A stretch of DNA of 64,000 bases, from positions 24,056,001-24,120,000 of the forward strand of contig OZ024747.1 of the NCBI GenBank assembly GCA_964016885.1, given 5' to 3'. Under the pieces are notes generated by a model. That model worked only from the letters and a program-made list of their open reading frames with translations, made no database searches and was not told where the DNA came from. This document shows, piece after piece, positions 50,135 through 64,000 of this stretch (position 1 is the stretch's first letter; the number at the start of each line of letters is the position of its first letter). This DNA is from Eledone cirrhosa. Its lineage: Eukaryota. The position numbers and the translations under genes are program-made.

Positions 50135-53100
50135 GGATGGGTGGATGACGAAGAAGATGGCGGAAATGCTCCTTTCAGCTTTTGAGGCAAGTGGTTTTTG
50201 TGGTGATGATGTTGACATTGGTATCCTTCAGCTGGGCTGTCTTGATCCGAGGGCCAGCACTGGGTGTGCGGAATGTGTTAAACATCTGGCTGAGGTCATT
50301 GTTCCTTGCCACTGCCTCCAGGCACTCGGCTTCTTTTGCCAAAAACATCTAGTCATCCGCTATGGCTTTGTTGCATATCTGGTTGAGCTGGCGATACTCA
50401 TTCATGTCGCCTGGAATTTCTTGCATTTATTCACCCAACTGTTATCATCTATATGCATTACATACCTGGACCAGCACAATCTTTCTCTTGCTCACAATAT
50501 CTGATTCTTCTTTACCTAGTTTTTCTCTCAACTCATCTTTGCTTCATTATAAGGTGTCCACAACTGGAGGTGCATAGCCAAACATCAAAATGAGACTTAG
50601 AAAAGTGAGTCAAGTTTTCAGTATTTTAAAGACTGCATAGAAGGCAAATGTTCTTTCCAGACATATCAAGCTGAGAATTTTCAATAGCAACATCTATATA
50701 TAAACCTCTCACACTTTTTATGAATATATTTTAAACACCTCTAGGAATAGTTTTTGTTAACTAAAGGCTGAGTTAGTCTCAAGTGATCAGCGTTTTTCAT
50801 TTCACTAAATTGTATTTGTTCTGACTCACTGTGCTCTGAGATCAATTCCCACTGAGGTCAACTTTGTCTTTCATCCTTTCAAGATTGATAAATAAAGTAC
50901 AAGTCCAGTACTAAGGTCGATTCTTCTCCTTTCTCTGTTTTTCTCTGGAAGAAATTGGCTGTGCTCTGACTTGGAGAGGGATGGATTCTACATGGTTTAA
51001 AATGCCTAAGACACACCATATATCAAATAGTGCTCCCATAACTCACTCAGGAGCTAAGGGCCCTTTACATATGTGACACATCTTATCATATTTTTGGTAT
51101 CAGTTGGTTTCACTTACACAGCTTTAACACATAATATGCTGCAATGATTTAGCAGAAAATATCCAAAACAGGTTTGTTAATTCAAATATCTATAGTATTT
51201 TTTATTATTGAACAGATTACGGAAATTTACACTATTAGAGTAAAGACTTTAGCTTGTAATGTGATGTAGTCACATCCTTTTACTATACTTCTGTGTACCT
51301 ATACTTACTTGGCTTGGTTCGACATTCACCAAGGGTTGGCTGAGTTGGCTCCAACCAGTAAATCCACAGTATCATGAACAGAGACTATACATGCATAGCT
51401 ATCACATGTTCGATGCAGATATTATCAGCCATTTATGGTTCCAACAATGGATACCGTATATGCACAGCAATCGCAGACATCCAATATGGATATTATTAAC
51501 CAGTCACATTGTGGAAAGATCAAATGTAGAGCATGTCCAGCTTTCATGCTTGTATGTGTGGGTTGGATAAGAGAGGTGCATCAGGGGTGAGAGTTGGGCA
51601 GTTAAGGATAAGTAAGCACGTTTAGCATGGGATATTTAATTGGGGAAAGGTGAAGAGAAGATTGGTGCAGACTAGTTTCCTTTACATGTTTGTTTCATTC
51701 TGTGTACATGAGAAGATGGGTCTTCTGCAGTACAGCATGACATCAGAGATCTCAAACCTGTTTCATCTCCTTTGCGAAGTTTAATTAGACAAGGTTAGCT
51801 TTTATCACTTCATCACAAGCTTTCCTCAATCTTACTCTTCCATAGTTTCCATCGGCTTTGAGGACCCTGCACCTTTTTATACAGCTGTCATCCTCCATAT
51901 GCATCACATGTCCATACCACTGCAATATCTTCTGCATACTGCATCTGACCCCTCTTAGGCCTAGTTTCTCTCTCAATTCATTCATGCTTCACTCTTCATG
52001 TATACTACTAATATACATCCATCGGAGCTTGCAAGCTTAATTTCTTTCCAATCTACATAGGTCCTCTGCACACAGTGCCCAGGTCTCACTTCCATGCAAC
52101 ATTGCTGTTCATATACAAGCGTCATACAATCTATCTTCCATTATGAGGGGAAAAACCTTTTGTAGCTAGCAGTGTAGAAGCTCCATAGACTTTTTTCCAT
52201 CCCGTTCTCACTCTGGCTACTGTACTTTCAGAACACTCACCTCCATTATTAATTTGGTTTTCCAGGTAACAGAAGCTATTAACTACTTCTATGGAGTCCT
52301 CTGAGCATTTAAAGGGGCTTATTGCTCCTGTGCATCAATACGTTCTTTGCTAGCCTGCATGAGATCCAACTATATCGATTGTGTACCCATAGTTTACATT
52401 TGGGACATAGGATAGAATTACAACCCACTTTTTCTTGCACACTGAGCAAGGCCATTTCCCTGAAGGGATCTAGGCCTTGTTTTCCATTCTACTTACTAGG
52501 TCTTTGCCAAGTTGACTTTCAGACCTTTTGCTTCCAAGTTTGGGATTTATTCTCTAATTCTGCCATAGATTCAGTTATAAAGGTTAGATCATTGGCATAT
52601 AGGAGTTCCTATAAGTAGCCAATCTTAAACTCTTCTATTATAAACAGGAAAGGACTAAGAACAGAGCTCTGATGGAATCCTACTTGCAAGCTAAATTCTT
52701 CACTATAAACATTGTTAATCTGTATATGGCTTGTACCACCTTCTCAAGCCGCTCATCTACCCCTAGATTCCTAAAAGCCCACAAGATTCTGGAATGGCGG
52801 ACTCGGTCAAATGCTTTCTCCAGGTCAACAAATGCCAGCTAGGTACTTCTGTAGTTGCCTTGCAAGGAAGAGAGTAAGTATCAGTGGTGTTTTTACCTGG
52901 CATAAATCCAAACTGTATCTCATCTAGGTTAACTTGGTCCCTAATCAACTGTGCTATAACTCTTTCTGCAACCTTCATGACCTGATCCATCAACTTGATA
53001 CCTCTATAGTTTCTTCTATTTAGTATATCTCTTTTACTCTTATAGCAGTTGACAATGATGCTGTTAAATCGGTCATTGGGTATGACACAATTCTCTATTA

Positions 53101-54172
53101 CTTAGTTTACAATATAGGTGGTTTAGATGTGACCTACCATCCCAGATGTGTGTGTTGGAACTCTGTTGGTTATAACACAATAAAAAGCACCCATTCCACA
53201 CTGTAATGTAGTTGGTATTAGAATTTGCATCTAGCTGTATAAACTAATCCAAAATACAGATCTCTATGAGGAAGATGTCTCCTGACCTGACTTTTCTCAT
53301 AACATGACAACCTGTCTAACCCATGCTAATTTGGGCCTTGTTTTCCTTTCTACTAAGTAGGACTTTAGTCTTTGCCAAGTTGACCTTAAGACATTTTGAT
53401 CAAAAGTTATACTTCTAGGCCTGGAATTTCTTCTCTAATTCTGCCCTAGATTCAGCTGTGAGAGCTAGATCATCACCAAATAGGAGTTCCCAGAGTGGCC
53501 TATTTTAAACTCTTCTGTTATAGCATGGAGGTTGATAATAAACAGGAGATGGCAATGAACAAAGCCCTGGTGAACCCCCACATGCATGCTAAACTCCTAA
53601 CCTAACTGTAATCATTATTCATTCTAACCTTGCTGACAGCTCCTCTGTACATGGCTTGTACCGGCCACAAAAGCCACTTATCTACCCCTAGTTTTGTAAG
53701 TGCCTACCAGATTATGGAATGAGGAACTTTGTCAAATACTTTCTCCAGTTGATCAAGTGCCAATTAGAGGGGTGTATTTTTAACTAGGTACTTCTTTTGT
53801 AGTTGCCTCACAAGAAGAGGGCATCAGTGGTCTTTTTACCTGGCACAACAGCATCGTGATTTTCCCTGAGGCACTGCCATACAATCCTGAACACCTCATA
53901 TCTTTGATACTCACATCATAAATGTTCTCTGCTTCCCCCATTCTGCCATTTTTTAATGCCCATTTCTTGGCCTAAATTGTCTCATCCAGCCTCCTATTCG
54001 ACAACCAAGCCACATTTCTTCTCCCTTTGGCAGATTATCTCTGAGGAGCCCCCACTGATCCTCTATATTGTAAATCTGTAATTCTTCTTCCTTACTGTCA
54101 AAGGTGTGAAGCAAGACATCTCTATATTTGTTACCAGCTGAGGGCTCCCTCAATTTCCATGTTCTTCTCCAT
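50135..54172 (-). pseudogene. Cluster of heavily degenerate RTE fragments (50135-50530, 51700-53110, 53330-54172)
   Basis: LQWYGHVMHMED, QFGFMPGKNTTD, YRGIKLMDQVMKVAERVI and KEHFRHLL-type motifs with stops. Confidence 0.75.
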
Positions 54173-54196
54173 TTATACGTGTGTGTGTATATATAT

Positions 54197-55338
54197 CATC
54201 ATCATCATCATCACCGTTTTACGTCCGTTCTTCCACGCTAGCATGGGTTAGACGGGTTGTCCTGTTGTGGGCAGTGTCTGGTCAGCTGACCATGCCTTGC
54301 TCATACAGGAACTGATCTGGCTTGATTTCTACAGCTGGATGCCCTTCCTAACACCAACCTCATTTACAGTGAGTGCTGGGTGCTTTTTCGTGGCGCCTAC
54401 ACGTCCACTTGACAGTGTGGGCTGGGTGCTTTTTTTGCCGTGGCACCTCCACGACCACCTTGCGGTGTGGGGGCATATTGTTTATATGCTTCAGCATGTA
54501 CCCATGGGAGGTCGGGTACTCTGTATTACTGCGTGACGCCAGAAGTCACGGTCGTGTGTCATTGTCTTTGAGAGGTGTAATTGGGTAAGGTCGGCTTTTA
54601 TCACCTCATCCCAGGTCATCTTGGGTCTCCCCACTCCGCGGTTTCCATCAACTTCTAGTGCTCTGCACCTTTTTATGCAGCTGTCATCCTTCATACGCAT
54701 CACATGTCCATACCAGCGCAACCGCCTCTCCTGCACACAGCATTTGATTCCTCTTATGCTCAGTCTCTCTCTCAATTCATTTATGCTTTGTCGTTCACGT
54801 ATATTACTGTTACACATCCATCGGAGCATGCAGGCTTCGTTTCTCTCTAATCTACGTAAGTCTTCCACCTTCAGCGCCCAGGTCTCACTACCATGCAACA
54901 TCGCTGTTCGGATACACGCATCATACAGTCTGCCTTTCATTCTGAGGGAGAAACCTTTTGCAGCTAGCAGTGGTAGTAGTTCCCTAAACTTCTTCCATCC
55001 CGTTCTTACCCTAGTTATTGTACTTTCTGAACACCCACCTCCGTTGCTAATTTGGTCACCTAGGTAGCAGAGGCTGTCTACTGTTTCTACAGGGCCCTCC
55101 CAGAGATTGGTGGTACTTGTTTCCTGTGGCTGTTTGCTGCTTGCTGTTTCAGCACAGCTGCTGCATGTGAATCCTACATTCTTAATTAAGCTTCCTGAAA
55201 TCCCGCTACATCTCTTGTGTACCCATTGTTTGCATTTGGGGCAGAGAATGGAGTTCCTACCTACACCTTTCCTACATACTGAGCAAGGCCATTTCCCTGA
55301 GGGGATCTGGGTTCTGTTTTCTCGTCTACTTACAAGGA
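54197..55338 (-). mobile_element. 5'-truncated RTE LINE (second RTE family) with a (GAT)n tail
   Basis: KGRLYDACIRTAMLHGSETW, RRLRWYGHVMRM, GRPKMTW; (CAT)n at 54197 on the + strand. Confidence 0.88.
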
Positions 55339-55380
<42 letters not shown>

Positions 55381-55447
55381 CAAATAATATATATATATTA
55401 TTATTCAAAATATTAATAAATGGATACATTCACATAATCAAAATATA

Positions 55448-55513
55448 TGTTTTATTATATATATTTCGGAGGTACTGTGCTGTTTTTTCAGTACGTCCTC
55501 ATCAGATAAAATA
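55448..55513 (-). ncRNA. Type I hammerhead ribozyme motif
   Basis: Minus strand TTTTAT-CTGATGA-GGACGTACTG-loop-CAGTACCTCC-GAAAT-atat-ATA-ATAAAA. Confidence 0.78.
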
Positions 55514-55591
55514 CATAAATTGATGTATGACATACCTCAACTGTGCTGATGGTTCAATTCCAGTCTTGGCAGTCATAAATATATATATACC

Positions 55592-58273
<2,682 letters not shown>

Positions 58274-58301
58274 CAGTGAATTTTAGGGTTATCGTGTTTG
58301 A

Positions 58302-58381
58302 GCTCTGCTGATGAACGACTCCAACCGTGACCATCCCCACTGAAAGTTTCGCGAAATAGTCTTTTTAAGACTATACAGTGC
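58302..58381 (+). ncRNA. Type I hammerhead motif with a full stem III
   Basis: Stem I GCTCTG/CAGTGC; CTGATGA at 58308; weak stem II ACGA../..TCGC; GAAA at 58353; stem III ATAGTCTT/AAGACTAT; AUA at 58373-58375. Confidence 0.62.
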
Positions 58382-58753
58382 ATTTGTAGTTTTTCCAAAT
58401 TGAAGGATGAGTATTTAAACTTTATTTTATTCTGAGTTAAGGCTCTATTGATTTTTCCCTGGATTTCACAAAATTCTATGTATAAATCTATGTTTTGATT
58501 TTTTTTTTAATTGAGTTTGAATTATTTTCCCATATCTTATGTTAACTATTTTTCCATTTTAACGTTATAGTCACTTATATATTAGGAAATACTGTTGGCC
58601 TCACGCTCACAACAATTTCTATACTTTAATTTCTATATATGTGTGTGTGTGTGTGTGTGTGTATATACATATGGGAAAGTAAACAACAACACAGGAGTAA
58701 AGGTTACGAAAGGTATTAGGTTCACACTTATTGAGAGTGTGAGATGTCGGTGC

Positions 58754-58781
58754 GACGTTTCGGGCATAAGCCCTTCATCAG
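58754..58781 (-). ncRNA. Minimal Penelope-type hammerhead motif
   Basis: Minus strand CTGATGA-A-GGGC-TTAT-GCCC-GAAAC-GTC; stem I poorly preserved. Confidence 0.7.
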
Positions 58782-59611
58782 GATAGTGGTGGGAAGGAGG
58801 AGGAAGTGGGAAAAAAATAACATATGATATAATATATATATATATAAATGTATCCATATACATATATGTGTAAATATATATAATTTGATACACACAACGA
58901 CCAACCACACACAATATGATACTGCCACACCTAGACATATATACACACTGTCAACACCTATGTATGTACTGCTCTAGCCGCATATACTAACAAATTCACA
59001 GTGTGGTGGATACAACACACACTCACACATTCCTCTTGTTTACCCTCTTTTATGTATGAACCCCATCTTCGTGTTACTTCTACTACCTGAACCTCATTGT
59101 ATTGTTCTACTCCCGATGAAAGATACGTTGATACGTTGAACTTTTTTTTTCCTTTTTGCGTGAACCTAATAAGACTGTTGTTGTATTACTGCATTTGTGT
59201 TTTAACTATGTGTGTGTGTGTATATATATATTCAAAACAACGAACAGCGGAGGACACATTTCGCACCTTTCCGACAGACCCCCCCCCCCGAAAAAACCCC
59301 AGTTGATGGATGTGAATCCGAAATATATAGGGACAATTAAATCTCTCCCAGGTTAACTCTATCTCGTGTTGTTATTTTTATTTTTATCCTTTACGCTCTT
59401 TCCTTCATTCCTCTACACGCTAGTCTTATACACGCCACGCATCTCAACGTACACCCACTTACATCTCTCTCTCCACCACCGGATCTTGTTACCCACAGAT
59501 TTACCCATCTGCATTGTCGAGGCTTCCAAACGACTTAAAGAAATTTACCTTATTATTCCACAATGCTTCAAGCAAACTTCAATACTCTCTTTTATATATA
59601 TATATATATAA

Positions 59612-59725
59612 TTGTTTCTACTATTGGCACAAGGCCAGAAAATTACGCAGTACATTACTGGTACTTTATTTTATCGACCCCGTAAGGATGAAAGGCAAAG
59701 TTAACCTCGGCGGGATTTGAACTCA
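59612..59725 (-). mobile_element. 5'-truncated SINE
   Basis: Same family as 20290. Confidence 0.82.
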
Positions 59726-60978
59726 TATATATATATATAATGTGAAATATATATATATATATATTCATTTATATATTATGGAATACTGTTGGCTTCTTGC
59801 TACAATAATTTCTATACTTTTCATTTATATATATACGTGTGTGTATGTGACACACTGAAAGTATGTTAGTTCTACCAATCAAACTCTCTCTCTCTCTCCC
59901 TCCCTCCTTCGCTGTCTGTCTTTCTCTGTCTCATTTCCCTCTCTGGTGTCCAAGTGGTTTCCTCTCTGGCATACATCGTTCTCTCTCTCTCTCTTCTTAA
60001 CGCCTCTTCCTCCTCCTCCGACCACCACTACCGCTACCATTTCCACAATCTCTACTCTTACCACTACTATATTTCCCTTCTCTCCACGTTATGTCCGTTC
60101 CGTTTCTCAGCTGTCTGTGGAATACTGTAAGTTACCTATTTCTTCACGTCTGTATATATTTATATATATACACATGTATATACATGCATGCACACATACA
60201 TACACATATATGTATACACATACACACACACACATACATATGTCTGTCTTTACGTGTTTATACATATGTACGTATGTGCATATATATATATATATATATA
60301 TATGCACAGACACACACACACTGTCGCTTCTCATTGGCACCACTGTTTTCTTTCTACAGACAATATTGACGTTTTTCTCTCTTGACTTCACTCCAAGAAT
60401 CTTATGAAGGGTTTTCAAACAAATCTGTATTAAATCACACATACACATATACGCACCTATACATATATGTATGTATGTGATATATATATATATATATATA
60501 TTAGGACTAAAATATGTTAATAGGTTTACAAACATAATGTATATATATATACACACATATATATATAGTGAAAGAAAGTGTGGACGTTAGAAAACGTTTT
60601 ATATAATATACATACACACGCATATATATATATATATATATGCATACGCGCGTGCGCACGTATGTGTGTCTGCGTGTTTACATCGACCAGATGCATATAT
60701 ACACATAAACTCTTGCATACACGCACATATATATGATTATATATGTGAGATAATAGAGATGTTTACGTTCGTCACAGACATATATACATACACATTTACA
60801 AATATACATATATACACACACGTGCACACACACATATATATATTTATATAGAACTATATAAGTATCTGTGTCTGTTAATAAGATACTGTTAAATATCCGT
60901 TTGCTGTTGACACAATAATTTCTGTCCTTCTCAATACCGCATTTGTCATGTATTGGGTTTGCTGCCCTTCTTTACACT

Positions 60979-61020
<42 letters not shown>

Positions 61021-61156
61021 GTGTGTGTGTGTGTATATATATATACGCAAAGACACAACTAAAGGTCTTACTCTCCTCCTCTTCACCTTAACACACTAAT
61101 ATACTTGTACGTCTCTCTCTCTCTCCACTGTTGTTGACCAATACACACATACATAT

Positions 61157-61219
<63 letters not shown>

Positions 61220-61447
61220 CATATATACACACACGTACACTCACGCAAATATATACACACACTATCCAGTTTGTTTATTTCTCCGATTTAGTGAAATTGC
61301 TGTAATGTCTCGTTTTCTCTTTTCTAGTCCGGCGTCCCTCCTCCTTCAGTCCTCATTCCACTCTCTCTCTCCTCCCTCCTATATCCCCCTCTCTCTACAT
61401 TGTTGCATCCATATTCATTTAATTGGACACTAATGTTTATACATTAA

Positions 61448-61500
<53 letters not shown>

Positions 61501-62684
61501 AATAGAGAAATCGGTTTCTCAACTATTATTTAAGGTGATCTACTATTATTATGGCATACATTTCAAACACACACACACACACACACATATATATGTATAG
61601 TTATATTTTCAACAAGATCTTTATGAATATGTTCTCCGAAACTACTACTATTACTGTTAATAGTAATTTAGGCACAAGGCTAGCAATTTGGAAGGAATCG
61701 AACAGTATGTTACTGGTATTTCATTTGATCGACCCTCGGCGTTGGGTAAAAAGTAAAAGTGCAACAACAGTGCATCTAACACTTCGTTAGTGGTCATCTT
61801 GTGATCTCTGTCGCTACTAATGTTTGCTATTTGACAACGTTGATATATCTATATCTATATCTCTCTCTATATATACGCGTGTGATGTTGGCGGACGCATG
61901 AATGAGTACTCAATACCGAAGTAGAGTTTAATGATAATCGTTATTATGTTTAAGTGATGAATCTAGTTTCTCTGGAGTTTCACCAGTGTACTCACAGGAT
62001 CACCAGCAAGACTCTTGTCTGATGAACTAGAGTACACATGAAACTCCTGAGTAGACTCATCACTTAGCCATAATAAAGAATATAGTATTATACAATATAT
62101 ATATATAATATGAGGTTAACGGGGCTAGCATAAGGTTTCCCTGCTAGTATATATATTATTATGGTTATATGCATTGCAGCGACTGCATTTTCAAATATGC
62201 GCGTATGTGTGTGTTTGAATTACCGTTTCAATTTTGACAGTGCAGGCTCACTAAATTATATTATTTTAACTATATTTGCTTAAATTTCTGGTGTCTGTTC
62301 TGGCGTCTTACGCTACACACAGACAACACACCTTGACATTCCTGCTGCTTACCTTCCACATTTTACCTGTTTGTTGTCACGTATTTTAATCAACTCCTGA
62401 TTATATGAAACTATCTCTATGCTCTTGTTGACCAATCTGTTTATATATATATAAGGAACATTTTTTTTAAATGGTTCGAAAAACGTACCTGGTATATATA
62501 AAAGGGATCTTTATAACATGTACTATATATATTACACACATACACACGAACACACTAACACACACACATATATACATGTGAATTGCCATTACTTGATCCT
62601 TTCCACACACATGGGGGGCATGAACATCACAATTTAGCCCGGCCAAGTACATACATTCATTTTTGCATATACTGCAGTGAATAA

Positions 62685-62975
62685 TAATAATAATAATTCA
62701 AAAAGCCTTTCTCAGCAATGGTCAACTATGATTATGCCCACACATGTGAAAGATGTTAAGATTAAGTGATGCCTGTGCTTGAATCTTTTTTAAGTGCAGA
62801 AAAGCCTTGCACTGGATCAATCCCACTCTCTGAACAATGTTGACAGGTATCCATAAAGATGGCTACCATCAAGTTGCAGGTTTTACATAAGAGTTCTTTT
62901 TCTAGAATGATGTCCTAACAAGGACCAGATGTCTCTCACTCTTGGTGAGCTAACCACATACTCTAGCACCAAACT
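62685..62975 (-). mobile_element. Diverged relative of the short RTE-related elements with a (TTA)n tail
   Basis: Minus strand ttctaga..aactct..aaaacctgcaac.tgatgg..cagagagtgggattga..agtgcaaggc..ttt..cacttaaaaa aligns with 478-640 and 7900-8060. Confidence 0.6.
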
Positions 62976-63019
62976 GAGTATTTCCATGTCTTTGCGCATG
63001 TTTACATTCAATTATACTT

Positions 63020-64000
63020 AATACATACATGTATATATGTAAATGACAGAATTATCAGTTTCAGATGACAACAGTTATCTCTATGCACCACAATCTGGAC
63101 TAAAGTAAAGAACAAAAAGGTCGATTCTATGAGAAACATTTACTGATGACCTCAACAGATAATACCAACTTCTTCAATCTGGCTGGTGATATCAATGGAA
63201 TTGTTGGGCAACACCAGGGTGGTTACTTCGGAATACAGTTTGGGCTATTGATATGGCTTGACAAAAGAAGGGGGATCAACGCTCTTAGAATTCAGTGATC
63301 TGAATGATCTATTTTAATTTCAGGAAACCAGCTGCCCATTTGATCACCTGGTAGCCAGATTGATTTTCTGTTTGTTAGAAAATAGGATAGATAATGCGTA
63401 TGGTTATGTATGCTAAGACCTTTCCTGATGAAGAATATCCCCTCCTACCACCACCACCAACATAGGTCAGTTATAAGTCACATCAGAACTGTAGGAGACC
63501 ATGGAAAAGGTGGATGAAAGTTAAAAGATCTCTCTGTTAAATATAGGTTCAGAAAAGCTTTATGTAATATGTACAACAGGTAGGAGCAGATAGGCATGTA
63601 TGACATAGAGGGCAATTGGAATTTTCTATGGGCCAACCTACCACAAGCTGTTGATGAGATCTGTGGTTGGAGAAAGGTACTAGCTAGGTGGACGGTGACC
63701 TAATGGGGGGAACAGCACTCTAGGCAGAGCCAGTTGAGAAACAGGCATGGAAATATTGGAAAAATGAGGACTGAAAACAACAATATCAAATAACTAAAAG
63801 AGAAGCTAGATCACGGCTTTACATAGCAGATAAAGAAGCTGAAAGCAGGAGGTTTACCAACATTTTGTAATGTGAAGACCAGAGGTTTTCCACATAACAA
63901 AGCAGCGTGCCATTGTGAATCAGGATGTTGTTGGAGAACTGTGTATTTAAAATGACTCAGGTGCACCTAACCTCTCTGGATAGTAGAAAGAGTATTGGAA
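63020..64000 (+). pseudogene. Degenerate RTE-type AP-endonuclease and linker region
   Basis: AGDINGIVGQ, NFRKPAAHLIT and QIDFLFVR-like motifs with stops and frameshifts. Confidence 0.6.

Noticed and set aside
50145-50504. 119-aa plus-strand ORF as a host exon
   Set aside because: The opposite strand reads as a decayed RTE linker
62015-62056. CTGATGA..GAAAC-TC-ct-GA-GTA hammerhead
   Set aside because: Stem II cannot form and stem I is poor; at most a rearranged relic

Overview
AT-rich eukaryotic DNA saturated with microsatellites. The repeat content suggests a cephalopod (octopus-like) genome, which is an inference. No host gene is confidently identified, and almost all listed ORFs are translations of simple repeats. 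Real content: (1) A cluster of R4/Dong-type RLE non-LTR retrotransposons in (CATA)n arrays, including one apparently intact 1169-aa copy (26100-29609), a near-identical chimeric copy and 3' stubs. An older Dong family lies at 5.0-7.4 kb. (2) An RTE LINE with three C-terminal C2H2 fingers, plus short non-autonomous relatives that share a covarying 3' stem-loop and sit in (ATGT)n arrays. (3) An RT-deleted Tx1/L1-like element, CRE-, CR1- and RTE-type fragments, tRNA-derived SINEs and MITEs. (4) The most notable signal: short non-coding elements, mostly next to (TA)n tracts and often long inverted repeats, that carry hammerhead ribozyme folds and probably derive from Penelope-like pseudo-LTRs. Three of these have completely different stem II sequences yet keep a C-C mismatch at the 4th pair, and one has a ~104-nt stem II. 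All structures were read by eye; no folding or database search was run.
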